A DNA stretch of 64,000 nucleotides from the human T2T-CHM13v2.0 reference genome, Homo sapiens. Position 1 is the first letter of the stretch. Every line of letters starts with the position of its first letter. Positions 12,701-28,265 of this stretch are shown here, piece after piece. Position numbers and translations under genes: made by a program. The notes below the pieces were generated by a model. That model was not told the origin of the DNA and made no database searches. It saw only the letters and a list, made by a program, of their open reading frames with translations. Location of the stretch: NCBI RefSeq assembly GCF_009914755.1, contig NC_060944.1; one strand, given 5' to 3'.

Positions 12701-13806
12701 AGAGAAGGCGTTGCTCTTAAAAATTCTGAGAAAAAGCTGGAGTTCTAGGAACTGCCAAGGACGGATGGCTCAAGGTCTAGCACACAGTATAACCTCTTTA
12801 TTATCTTCATTTTCTTTCTGTAAAAAAGTATTTTATTACCTGGGCTTTTCAAAGTATTCTTCTTGGCATTTACTGAGGTCATGTGGCAGAGGTATGGGTT
12901 GGGGCTGATTGAGTAATATGAAGGTATCTCTGGATGTCTGTGACCTTCATGAAAAAGCCCTCATTATTCTCCACTGCCTGATAAGTGATTTACTTTCTTC
13001 CCCCTCAAAATTTCATTTCAATTTCATTGAAAGTTGTGCATATTCTTTTCTCCATTAAGCATCATCTTTTGTTTCCTAAAAGAGCCAGAGCGTGGAAGGA
13101 AGGAATGTAGCTCAAAGTGATGGGGGACCTGACAGGTACGGGTGCAGGGATGAACAACCTGAACTAGAGGTGTTGCTGCCAGCTGTCAGAGGAGGCCTCA
13201 AGGACATGTGAGTTTCTTTTTTTTTTAAAGCACAGGAGACAGTTTCTGAAGTAGCCAAAGAGCATGCTTGCTGGACACAACCAGCTCTGTGAAATCCAAG
13301 GAGTTGTCACTTCCTGGGAAGGTTAATGTTGGAGGAAGACAGAGCAGGTTTCGCTGTCTGAACCAACTAAAGGCCCTGAGACACCAGTAACCTTCAGTTC
13401 CTTCCCCTCACCCCGAATCCCTGCTCATTCAGCAATCCCATTTCTTTCTTTCTTCCTTGGCTTTCATCCTCCGCAGTGGGGAAAAGAATTCCCTGCCATT
13501 TCACAATAAGAAGAGGATAGTGAAAGCGTATTCTGTTATCTGAAGGAGCCCTTTCCAGTGAATACGCCACTGCAAACCACTCAATGTACTCGGGGTGTCA
13601 GATTTCTAGGCAGAGGGTGGCCTGTCCCAAAAGGGAACTTGTTCTGAGACCATATAAGATACCTTGGAAATAACAGCTCCAAATAACTTTGCCAGTTATT
13701 AAGCTGTTGTCTTTCAACTCTAAACCCTCCCTCTTATATCCTTCTCTGTGACTCTGGGGCCGCTGGAGCGGAGACCCTGTTAGTTCCGTTTCAGCCTTGC
13801 CAGCTG

Positions 13807-13825
13807 CTGCCAGTAGGGGGTGCTA
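13807..13825 (+). promoter_or_regulatory. Candidate CTCF binding motif
   Basis: ctgCCAGTAGGGGGTGCta matches the core CCASYAGRKGGCRS at 13/14 positions, in non-repetitive sequence. Confidence 0.55.
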
Positions 13826-14336
13826 GACTGAAACTGCAATATTGGAGAAGAAAGCAATGCCTTCCTGTGTCACCTGAGCAACGTTTGTTCTTTGAGGAAG
13901 CCTCATTTAGTTCTGGTAGCAGCAGGTGGTTCTGGTTTGCAGTGTATTCAGCACTCACAGAACAAGCATTATCACATTCCCTTAGAGACACCAGACCAGC
14001 ATCAGCTGCCCGTGTCCTTCCAAGATGCCTGGGTCCAGCTTGTGGGAGGGACTGTGAATCCTGAGGACAGCACCAGCTGAGCTTCGGATCCTTCTCAATG
14101 GTGCCTTTTCAGTTCTGCAGGGCCCTCCTCTCCTCTGAGAATGTAAGTTGAATGATTCCAATCTCTTCCCTTTGTTCCCTTTGCTCTAGGAGCTGCTGCC
14201 TACAGTTGCTATCTCCTTGACACCTAATGGTTTCCTTTTTGCCTGTTCAATTACCTTGTTAGAATTTTCTACCTAGTTAACAATTCTATTCTCTCTTTGC
14301 AGTCACTGTTGCGATTTCTATTGGATGTAACTAGAT

Positions 14337-14832
<496 letters not shown>

Positions 14833-15589
14833 ACTGGACAAAGCAGTCCACTCCTAGAGAAATATTTGTCCTGAAACCACCATAAGACTCCTTGGAAATA
14901 GTAGCCCCAAGTACACCCAATTGACTAATGAGTTAATGATGTTTTGAAAATAAAGTAGGGTGATGTCCAAGGTGCTACCAATTGCCAATGTAGTAAGAAA
15001 AAAAATGAAGAGCATGTGTGATCATTCATAAAGTTTCCTGCAGTGTGATCATATATCAAGTTTCAGAATGGTGTGCAAGAGGTGTTCCTGGCATTTTATA
15101 AACCCACAGGCTTCAGAGAGGGAGTGGTTCAATGAGGTACATCTAAATGGTTCTAAACAAGAGTATATATGAAAGAATCTTAGGTTATTTGGTGGGGAGT
15201 TCAGATTTGCCCTTATATGTTTTGTCATGCTAACAAATGAAAATAAAAACTCAAAAGCCCACGCCTGACCATGTTGAACAGCTCCATGCTTGCTTGTTCT
15301 TTATACTCTTCCTTGACATGTACATGGTAGTTTTTGTTTTCTCCCTTGCATGTTCTGGGAGGGAAGTGAGTATCTTAAATCCCCCTTAACGGAATAGAAA
15401 ACATAATACATAATAAATTAGGGACTGCTTTTCCACATATTCCCAGCAATCATGCTTGCTTAGTTTTGGTAGTTGTGAGGTGAGGGGACCAGAAGAGAAA
15501 ATCAGGACACTGGGGTCAGAAATTCCAAGGTTACAAATTCATTGAGGTTCAAGAAGATGGGAACGCCAAAGCTTATTGAGATATTACTA

Positions 15590-16150
15590 TGGTTGCAAAA
15601 CAAATCACCCTCCACCAAGTGGCTAGAACCAGCAACAATGGCACATTTGTTTTGCTTATGAATCTATAATGTGGGCAGAATTTTGTAGTGACAGCTCACG
15701 TCTGCTTGATTCAAGGTCATTTAGAGTGGCTGGATGCTGGGGCTGGAGTCATCTGGGGCTCCTTGCTCACAGGTCTGGTGGTTGATGCTGGCTGTCAGCT
15801 GATATCTTAGTTGGGGCTGTTGGAGGGAACATGGCCATGTAATCTTTCCATGTGGCATAGGCTTCCTCACAGCATGGTGGCTGGGTTCCCAAGGGTGAGT
15901 ATGAGGAAAAGGTAGGAAGATCGAGAGGAATATCAGGCAGAAGCTGTATCTTTTTAATGACCTAGCAGCCTTGGAAGCCCGTAGCACCACATCTGCAATA
16001 TTGTATTGGTTAGAGCAGTCAAAAGTCTCAGCCTAGATTCAAGAGAAGGGAACCCAAACCCCACCACTCAGAGTGAAGAAGAGTGGCAAAATTCTGAAGA
16101 GTATCAGGGACCAGAAATATTGCTGTGGACATTAGAAAAAAAAGTCTGCC
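15590..16150 (-). mobile_element. MLT1-family LTR
   Basis: 'gctggctgtcagctg...ggcttcctcacagcatggtggctgggttcc...gacctagcagccttggaag...cagcctagattcaagagaaggg'. Confidence 0.8.
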
Positions 16151-16938
16151 ATATTCTTTAACTTAACCTGCACCCTTGCTCAAGCCCCTGATACCATCTT
16201 TATGCAAGGTAATCCTATTTTCTTTTGGGATATGATGACTGAATCAGAGGTCGACCCCTGTCATGAGAACTGGGCTAATTGGATTCTGTCCTGACCAAGA
16301 ATTTAAACAAAGGAACCAGAATGAGACATCTATACTTCTGGATCTACTTCTGGAGTCAACACAGCTTGTGGACTTCAGAACTGAAACAGGCACTTTTGGT
16401 CCATTTGCATAGAGAAGCAGAGATCCAAGACTGTATAGCGAAACAAAGGAATAAAAAAGGAAAGGCAACCTGTGTTTGTTGCTGATGGCTCCCCAGCTTC
16501 CTTGTGATGCCCCACTGATTTATCATCTCTAGTTTTGTGAGACATTCTTGTATCCTAAAAGCAATCCCCACTTTTTGTAAGAAAGCTGTGTGGATTTCTG
16601 CAGTCTGGGTAGACAGCAGGAGAAGAGAAGACAGTTCTCCAACAGAGGGGTTTCGCTTCTAACAAGTGGACTGATTTGTACTAGGCTGTCCCTGAATCTG
16701 TTTTCCATGTTTCCTGCCCTTTGATTTTATGCTTCTTATCAAGGGTGGCCCCACCCACCCCACCCATTTTTCTTCAACTGATATTGTAGGCACAAGAAAA
16801 TACCTCGTGGAAATAGGCCAGGGTAAATATATGAGCATTTATTCTGAATCAGCTTGATTTTCAAGTTTTATTTATACAAAAGGCAAATGGAGATGTTCAA
16901 TGAACATGTTTTATGAAGAATAATAAGATAGAATAGTC

Positions 16939-17408
16939 TGTCATGGTTTTTGCCGGGCCTGCACCCAGATGTTCTTGGACCCTTTTTACTGGTTCAGGGT
17001 GGCCCCATGCCTCAGCTTGTGTGCACTGTGATTCTAGCAGCATGAACTATTAGCTTTCTTCAGAGGATGGCCCTTAAGCTACCAGCACTGCTTTGCCCAT
17101 ACAACAAGTGGACTTCCAGAAGTATCTGGTAGTTTACATAGCCAATGACTAACAGGTGTGGGTGTATGAAGGCCTAGCTCCCTATCTCTAGGTGGGCCAA
17201 ACTCTCTGGTATAATTTATCCTTCGGAGTTTCCTGCAGGATGGGCCTGTGGCCGGGACTTTGCCTGAAATCACCACCTTGGCTGGCTCCTTCCCTGTTCT
17301 GGTTTCCTCATTCTTTTACTAGTTTGTTCTGGGAGCTCTTCCTTAATAAGCCACATGTACGTGAATTCTTGTCTCAGGCTCTGCTTCTGGATAACCCAAA
17401 CTAAGATA
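16939..17408 (+). mobile_element. ERVL LTR (LTR33/LTR16-like)
   Basis: 3' end 'ccttaataagccacatgtacgtgaattcttgtctcaggctctgcttctggataacccaaactaagata'. Confidence 0.7.
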
Positions 17409-17559
17409 TAAAATAAAATGTCATGGTAAAAGAGAAGTGTTAAAACAATCAAGCTTGTGTTCGGGTCTCTGAATACAGAATTGATTTATTATACAGTCAT
17501 GGACCCAGTTTACTTTTCTAATTTTGTCTCTCTATCTAAAATATGGAGGTGGATTCTAG

Positions 17560-18610
<1,051 letters not shown>

Positions 18611-18719
18611 ATATATTTTAAATGGAGGTAATAATTACTACCTTGTGGCCTCATGTAACAGATATAAATTTCATCTCTGTAAATCTGTAACTATATCCCA
18701 ACAGGGCTTGAAAGATATA

Positions 18720-18902
18720 GACCAGCATTGTCCAATAAGACTGTTTGTGATGCTGCGTTCTCTGCATTACCCATTACAACCACTAATCAGATGTGGCTAC
18801 TGAACAGTTTAAATATGGCTAGTGTGACCAAGGGATTGGATGTTTAATTAGTTTAAATATAAATAGCCATGTGTAGTGAATGTATATCATATTGGACAGC
18901 AG
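18720..18902. mobile_element. MER3 (hAT-Charlie)
   Basis: Terminal 'cagcattgtccaata' and 'tattggacagcag'. Internal 'atgtggctactgaacagtttaaatatggctagtgtgac'. Confidence 0.8.
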
Positions 18903-18909
18903 AAGGTAG

Positions 18910-19145
18910 ACTAGATGATAGTATTATAAAGTTGATTTCCTGAGTTTTGATAATTGTACTGTGGTTATTTAAGCCATGGTTTTATAAACTTACACAGAAA
19001 TATTTAGGAGTAAAGAGGAATCATGTCTGCTACCCATTCTCAAATGGTTTTCGGAAAAAATACATATAAAATAGTTGTGGTAAAAAAATGTTAATATTTA
19101 GGGAATTTGGGTGAAAGTTATATGGGAATTTTTTGTAGAAAGTAA
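18910..19145 (+). mobile_element. L1ME/L1MC 3' UTR fragment
   Basis: 'gttgatttcctgagttttgataattgtactgtggttat...aaatatttaggagtaaagagg...gggaatttgggtgaaag'. Confidence 0.65.
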
Positions 19146-19329
19146 AAGGGTAAAAATGTCAAATTCTTAACTGTCATGATCATAAACTGGAAGATAGTAG
19201 TTGAAGTCAATTACTTAAGTGGTAGCCATATATAAATATTATTTAGCAATATGGAGGAAAATACTAGAAGAAAACAAATTAAATTACCTGAAATATTGAA
19301 AATGTCTATACATTCTTCCCATTCCATTC

Positions 19330-19833
19330 TGCATGCCCTTTTGCAATATAATTTTGAAGGTCTGCTCATTGAGTAGTCTATTTCCTGATATTTGCAACTG
19401 GAGTTAGTCATGTGAATTGCTTTGGCCCATGGAAAAGTAGCAAATGTGACATAGGCGGTGAACTGAAAATCGCTTGGTTTTGGTTACTTGCCTTTCTTGA
19501 TGCTCTTAGGCTCTTGGGAACTCTGCAGCCGCCACTGTGGGAACAAGCCTTGGCTAGCCTGTTGGAGGATGAGAGACCATATGAAAAGAGGCCCTGCCTT
19601 GTCAGTCATTTTGGCTTTCCTGGCTAAGGCCCCAGATAAGATAGTGAGGCCATCTAGCTTGTCTATCCACCAGCTAACCTCATATGTATGAGTGAGCCCA
19701 GCCAAGACCAGCAGAACTGCCCAACTGAGCCCAGACCAAATTGCCACCCCACAGTGTCATGGGCTAAACATGTGGTTGTTTTAAGCCACCATGTTTTAGG
19801 GTGATTTGTTTCCTAGAAACAGCTAACTGACAC
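19330..19833 (+). mobile_element. MLT1-family LTR
   Basis: 'gggaacaagccttggctagcctgttggaggatgagag...gagtgagcccagccaagaccagcagaactgccca...ttttaagccac...ctaactgacaca'. Confidence 0.85.
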
Positions 19834-19889
19834 AAAAGTGCTTTCCTCTAGGGAAAAAGATAAGCTTGTCATGGGAAATATAACATGGT

Positions 19890-20100
19890 TTTGGAAAGCA
19901 TAGGTGTTTGAGTTATAGCCTACCTTTCATTTTCCAGTTGTGTGGCCTTGAGGAATTTCAACTCTTTTTGTCTCAATTTTTATATCTTAAAAGTGGAGAT
20001 AATAGTACAATCTTGTATATTTATTATAAAATAAACTTTAAAAAGTTACATAAAATACTTGATGTAGTACTTGTGTGTGATAGGTGTTCCATAAATTGCT
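19890..20100 (+). mobile_element. MIR SINE
   Basis: 'gttgtgtggccttgagg...tctcaattttttatatcttaaaagtggagataatagtac'. Confidence 0.6.
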
Positions 20101-20348
20101 AGAGACTGTGGAGGTGAGGTCAAGGCTAAATAATAGTGTCAGTTGCAATAAGAGATGAAGGATGGTGCTGTCAAGTGCACTGCATTCGAAAGTACACCAG
20201 GAGAGTTTGATTCTCTTTCTACAGTCTTCTGGCTGGGGAATCTAGGAAAAAGGACCAGACTACTCTAGTGGTTTGGATTTGTGTCCCTGCCAAATCTCAT
20301 GTTGAATTGTAATCCCCAAGGTTGGAGGTGGGTTTTGGTGGGAGGTGA

Positions 20349-21000
<652 letters not shown>

Positions 21001-21559
21001 TCACCCCCTCTTTCTTTCTTGCTTCTTCTCGGGCCATGTGATGTGCCTGCTTCCCCTTCGCCCTCTGCCATGATTGTAAGTTTCCTGAGGCCTCCCCAGA
21101 AGCTGAGCAGATGCCAACATCATGCTTCCTGTACAGCCTCCAGAACCATGAGCCAATTAAACCTCTTTTCTTATAAATTACCCAGACTCAGGTATTTTTT
21201 ATAGCAATGTGAGAACAGAATAATACGCCATGATTCTATTGTTTATAAACATCCATTACTTTTCTAAGAAGTTCATGAAGACCAGAGCCAGAACTTTCTA
21301 GAGTAGAAAGTAAAGATTTAAGTTAAGAGTCAGGCAACTTCAGACACAATCACAGTTATACAAATTAATGTTGGACAAAGCCACTCACTAGAGAGGTCCA
21401 GGGAGGAAGACCATCTCTTGAAGTTCATAGTGGGTTGATTTCTACAAGAAATGGTGCCTTTCAGAGGGATTAGTCATGGGTAGTTCAATGTAAGATGAGA
21501 ACGATGGGCCTATAGGTATTAAATCAGGTCCCAGACTCAGATGCTCAAAGGTAGGTGCA

Positions 21560-21850
21560 TTAAAGTTCTGCTAGTTGCTATAGCAAACCCAAAATGCATA
21601 ATGGCTGAAACATAATAGAAGTATTTTCATTTCTTACTTATCTAAAGTTGTTCTAGTCAGCAAGTGGATCTTCCAACCTGGGATCTTTCCATATGATGGT
21701 TCTGCCATATTCAACATGTGGTTTGACTGCATCAAATGGAGAGGAAAAGAACATGGAAAATCACATGTGAGAAATTTTATGGCATTCACCATAAACTGGC
21801 ACATGTCACTGCTATACACATTCTTCTGGCCAGAGCTCAGTCATATGACT
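21560..21850 (-). mobile_element. MLT1-like LTR fragment
   Basis: 'ctagttgctatagcaaacccaaaatgcataatggctgaaac...cacattcttctggccagagctcagtcatatgac'. Confidence 0.55.
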
Positions 21851-21859
21851 ATAATCTTA

Positions 21860-22280
21860 AAAAAAAAATCAAATGCGATAAAATATGCAAAACAAAAAAT
21901 TTACCATTTTAACCATTTTAAAGAATATAGTTCAATGGTGTTAAACACATTTATAATGTTGTGCATCTGTTACCACCGTCCATCTCCAGAACTCTTTTTA
22001 TCTTGTATGATTTTGACTACTCTAAGTATCTCCTGTAAGTGGAATCATGCAGTGTTCATCTTTTAGTGACTGGCTTATTTCCCTTAGCATAACGTCCTCA
22101 AGCTTCTTCCCGGTAGTAGCATGTTTCAGAATTTCCTGCCTTTTAAAGGCTGAATAATACTGTGTTGTGTGTCTATACCACGTTTTTGCTTATTCATTTA
22201 TCCATCAGTGAACACTTGGGTTTTTTCCACATTTTAGCTATTGTGAATAATGCTTCTATAACCATGGGTGTACAAATAAG
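21860..22280 (-). mobile_element. L1MA/L1MB 3' fragment
   Basis: 'aaatttaccattttaaccattttta...tcctgtaagtggaatcatgcag...gactggcttatttcccttagcataa...gctattgtgaataatgct'. Confidence 0.88.
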
Positions 22281-22388
22281 GATATATAGTCTTGTGTGTT
22301 CAGAAAGAGAAACCATGTTTTGTGAACTGCTCTCCCGTCTCTGCCATGCAAGGTACATATGTGAGCTCATGGGATGGTCAAGTGTGTG

Positions 22389-22433
22389 ACAGTGGGGATG
22401 GATGGGGACAGTGGGGATGGATGGGAACAGTGG
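22389..22433 (+). repeat. 19-bp tandem repeat (x2.4) forming a canonical G-quadruplex motif
   Basis: acagtggggatggatgggg / acagtggggatggatggga / acagtgg. Pattern is GGGG-N6-GGGG-N5-GGGG-N6-GGG. Confidence 0.8.
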
Positions 22434-25400
22434 AGAAGTGGAGTGCTGCTTCCCCAGCTAAAAAGACAGCCATTTCTCAGCTTCAGTTGATTGGTGCCAG
22501 GTAGAAATGCCAACCAGAGGTGGCCAAACCTTCCAATTTTTAAAAAGAGGTTAGACATCTGAACTGACATAGAAAATTTCTTGACTTAAAAACATTGGTG
22601 ATGAATTTATGAAACAAACGAATAGTGTCAAGAAGAATCAAAATCCCCTTGCAGGCCCAGTGTGGCCTGTGTGTTTTAGGCTGCCAACTTACTGTGTCTA
22701 TGTTGGACCATGTGCTCAATGGGAAGGACAGATAATTTGATAATGAAAAACAGGCCTGGGAATGCTCCAGGCAGAAGAGTAAGGGGCAGAAATCAGCCTG
22801 GCTCTTGGTAGGACTTCATTCCAGCACCAACTAGGAGCTACAAAGAAGCTGGGAAAGACCCTTTGATCAGAGATTTTCCAGAATACCTTCAAAAAGCAGC
22901 AGCCTTCCGTGGCCAAGCAGGGGCAGGGGGTGAGGCTGAGAATGATAGGTAAGAAAAGAGTGACATGTGAAATGACTGAGGCCACGGGACATCCGTCCAC
23001 CTGTGCTCAGCCATGTCATGCCTACCTGTATTGTCCCAGTGGCACTGCGAGAGGAGCCAGGGCGTCGGCTCGGCACAGAAGTGATTTCACCGTTAGTCAC
23101 AGACGCCGCGGGTGTTTACCGCTCCAAGACAGAGGCTTTGTATGTCTATGTGTGGACACACATTTCCTGTAACACTGTGAGTGGCTGTCAGGTTTGGGGT
23201 TTATACAAAGCTGTGGTCATGTTCCAGTCACACCTTGGATGATTTAGAAAGACTGCAAACACTGGAACTGAAAGCCTATTATTTTCTTGGTAAACTGACG
23301 TTGACCTCGAAGGCAAGTCATCAATGCCTATTCACGTTGTACCTAAGTACAACAGATTCTGTCTGTCTCATGTTCTCAGTCCATCCTAATGGGTCCGTGA
23401 CACACTGATGGGATGCCACTCTGTGCTAGGCACTGTGAGGAATGGGAAGATCATAAACCTCACCATCCCTACCCTTGAGGGCTTTATGATCCTGGGGAGG
23501 ATGGAAGAAATACGTAGTCCTAGGAAAAGAAAAGCTGTATCCAGTACAGGAAGGGCATGTGGAATGAGGAAAGGATGGTGGGAACGGAAGGAGCCTGAGG
23601 CCTGGAGGGGGATTCGGAGGCCCCGACGGACCGCACTGTGGAGGAGCTTTCTGTAGAGCGCAGGATCCACTTAAGCTCCGCGTGTGTGTAGGGATTGTGT
23701 GTAGGGATACGGCAAATATCCTGCAGTTGATTGCCAGACGTACAGATCGATTGCAACTTCAGTCCCTTTTAGAAAACAAAAAAGAGACAAAGGCATTTAG
23801 GCAGGTGTTTGGGATGTTTTGTTGAATTGGGGACCTGTTTTTATCAAGGTAACGTCAGTTTTGTGGAATGTGATGGTCACAGACGTGGTGTGTTCTGGAG
23901 GCTGTGTGGATGCGGGAATCACCTGCTCCCAGCAAAGGAGTGACCGCTTGGCTTGGAAACGTACCAGTGTCCTTTCCTCTGAACATTTCTCCTCAAAAAC
24001 ATCAGCAAAGCCCCCAGAAATCTCTGCCAAGAAGGTCTGAGCAAAAATCCTTCTAAGGTTCTCTTCATGATTTATGTTAAAATAAAAAAATATGTTCATC
24101 CCTGATTAGAAATATTCCAACCTTTTTTTATGGTTATAGTTCCAAGCATTTGCGACTACGTTCTCCATTTGGCAGGATGATAAGTTGGGAACGGAAAAAC
24201 ATGCCAACTTTGGACAAAATATGATTGTGTATTTTCAGTTGCAATCCAAAGTCACAATTTGGACTATGAAGCTGGTTCTATATCTTTGCCAAGTTGGGCA
24301 AGGAATCTTGGCGGAAAGATGCTTTTTAAAGACATGGAGTGTTGGACTAGATGTCAAGACATTTGTATTTGGGCTTCTTTGGTGCCACTGTTTGAGAAAG
24401 CAAAGGCACCCTGGCTTTGCTATTTCTTTCCATTTTAATGTAGAATGATGCCTGAGTCCTCTTACAGAATGTTGTATGGCTAAATCAGACCTTCCTTTAG
24501 AAATATTTAGAATCCACTCTAAGTTGGCTATCTAAAATAATTATTAATTAATAATACCACTTCTACTATTATTATTGCTGCTGTGTTATTACCGTTTTAG
24601 CTGTGATTATTGTACCACCATCTCTGTTTATTATAAAATGAGATGCTCTTCTCACTCGCTGACTGGTATGTTTTCCAGACAGACCAAAACAGTCCCAGAG
24701 AAGTTAAAAGTGAAAATAATTTATGTCACACTGCTGAGGAAACTGAATACCCAGTGGTCAAGAAATAACCATGTCAAAACTTCTAGGAAACTATTAACTA
24801 ATAATGTTGCTTCAGAATCACTGAGTATGGGCACTCCTTGATACTTTTCACCCTAGCATGGGCTTTAGATGTCAATATTCTGATTTATATTCACCTTCTT
24901 TAGACCTACCTAAAGCTGTAAATCGATGTTTTGTTTTATATTATATTAACCCTACTTAGACCTTTCTAAAGTTATATACATAAATATATGATTTTGATAT
25001 TGCAATTATGTTGCAATAGTTGCACTAATGCATGATAGTGCTTTCCTGAATCACAAATTTTGAGACAAATAGATAATTTTAACACCAACTTTTTCTGTAC
25101 CAGCTACTTTAACACTTTTCTCCTATCAGGCTCTTTTGATAGAAAAATATGAAAAATTTAAGAATGTCTAGCATACACAAACAAGCTGAGCTGTTAAAAG
25201 CATGTCAACTGAGAAGTCACACACAGTAAATTGCAGGTGGCAAATGAGTATGAAGTACATGGGCAGAATGAGAAGCAGCAATGCCACCTTGGCTGGGAAC
25301 TTCAGAGCAGTGCAGTAATGTGATTATAGTAATGATTCAACAAGTCATCGTCTGCTGCCTTTGTCCACTGTAATTAACTTTTTGGAACTGCGCAGCCTCT

Positions 25401-26353
25401 GTCTCTGGGCTCATCAGCTGGCCTAGCTTTTGTGTCCCCAGTCTGTTATTTCTGCCCAGGCTCAGGAGCCTCTAAGCACATTGCTAAATGAATTCATTGC
25501 TGGAACAAAGATTTGGTGGTCGAATAGAGATGGCTATCTTTTGTTGTCAGACATTCAATCCCATATACCAATCCAATTACTTAAGCTGTTTCTATCAGTC
25601 TTATTAGGGCTGGCCATTGAGGCTGGCTAGAATGCTGGTCGCTGTGTCTTGGAAGAATGTGGTGGAACAGATTAGCGCTTTAATGAGAGGCTTTCTGAAG
25701 GCCAGATCTTTTCCCTTGTATATATATCGAGATCTAGGAATCATTTTTAGGCGAGGGCCCAGAGTCATTGTTACAAAGACTGATCAAAGGATGGCTGGAA
25801 ATCTGTACGATTGCTTGAAGAAATTTTATGGGTTATAAAATATTGGCATGGGTTCTGTCTGTTATGGGCTATCTGATGAAAATCTCTGGTAGGCTGGGAA
25901 AAGGAAATTGCTTATTGGCATTTATTCTGTGGGATGGATATCTTTGGAGTTTGCATTTGAACTCTTTCTTCACTGTGTTACAGGTCAAATTCTGTACTTA
26001 GTACTAACATTCCAGGAATGTGGGCTGCATAAAATCAACATAAGCCTTGCTCCATACTTTGCTACCCAGAAAAGCATTATGAGAGAGTGGCTCAGACAAG
26101 GGTGAATGGATGATTACTAAGAAAAGATAGCAAGGGTGGAGTGAAATTGCAGTGGTTAATGTGTAGCAGTTGAAACCTAAAGTTAAAATCTGAGTGCAGT
26201 TAAGTCAAAGAACTTAGAACACCCTTGCTCTGACTATCAAGAAAAGGTGGTAATTGGTTTTAATGTTCAAAGAAACACTATTCACCTTCTATGTGTTATG
26301 CTTATTGCTCTGGAAATGTTTCTGAAATGTCAGATGCAAAGAGGGTTTATTTC

Positions 26354-26663
<310 letters not shown>

Positions 26664-27022
26664 CAAAGAGGTTCTATTTTAAAGGAAGGATATCTACTCA
26701 TACTTGGAAGATTGTAAGCCAATAGAAAAATATTTTTTTCCATAAAATATTGTCTTATAGAAACTTTTAAACAGACACTAAAGTACCCTTTACCAGATTC
26801 AATAATTAATTATAGTTAATCTTGCAGCAAAACTCCCTAACCTTCCTAAACAAATCTCTGACTTCATATATTTTATCGATTGCTATTACCTTCTAAAAAA
26901 TGATAATACTTTAAAAAAGCATAAACTGCAACAAAATTATCATACCTTAAAAATATTAACAATAATTTCCTAACATCCACCAATATTCACGTGCGAAATT
27001 TCTCATCAGAAGAAGATGTAGA

Positions 27023-27376
<354 letters not shown>

Positions 27377-28014
27377 TTAGATAATTTTAGATCATAAATG
27401 CCCTTTTCCCAGGAAGTTGTTTCTTATCTTTGCTATATAAACTTATTCCAGATTCTATAAGGACATCAAAAATTAGAATAAGGGTACATTATATTTGTAT
27501 GAAAAAAATATATAAAAAATTAAACAATATATCTTTAGTAAAAAGAAAAATCTTTCATGTGCACAGATGTTTTGGTTTTTATGTTAGCCTCTGTGAGACA
27601 GCTGGATATGTTGGAAATAAAGAAATAACATAACAGATACCTGTGCTTCATTCGTTTGACCTCAGCATAGTATTCTTTCTCCTTTACCCTTGATGTTCAC
27701 TCTCTCTCTTTCAATATAATGAAGTCTATCAAAATATAAAATTTTATGGGCTTTGGAAATAGTCTGAGATTCAAATGCAGCAGGATTTGGTCATGGATTC
27801 AAAAATAGGGGCTTGAGACCTAGAGATAGCTATTTTAAATATATAAGGCCATTTTCCTAAAGTGTAGGAAGAAAACTGTGAGGAGAGCGTTCAGCTCCCT
27901 CATAAGCTAAGCTAGTTTCATACCTTCTGAATTGGTGTAGATCAAATACTGAAGTAAAATGGTAACTGAAATGAAACATAACAGAATGACCTCATTCAAG
28001 TCATGAGTATGGGG

Positions 28015-28265
28015 TGGGGGGTGTGTATGTATTTCTGTATGTATCTGTGTGTATGTATGTGTAAGTCTGTGTGTGTGTGTCTGTGTGTATGTGAGTCATC
28101 TGTGTGTATAGGTGTGTGTGGCCACTTGTGTGTATGTGTGTGCACCTGTGTGTATATGTGTGCATGAATGTGTGTATGTATGTATGAGTCTATATGTATT
28201 GTGTGCCTGTGTGTGTGAGTTAGTGTGCATCTATGTGTGTAGGTGTGTGTGTGTGTGAGTGTGTT
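28015..28265. repeat. Degenerate (TG)n/(TATG)n microsatellite
   Basis: ~250 bp of interrupted TG repeats. Confidence 0.92.

Noticed and set aside
14055-14075. ggacagcacc resembling the right half of RE1/REST
   Set aside because: The left half (TTCAGCACC) is absent at the canonical spacing.
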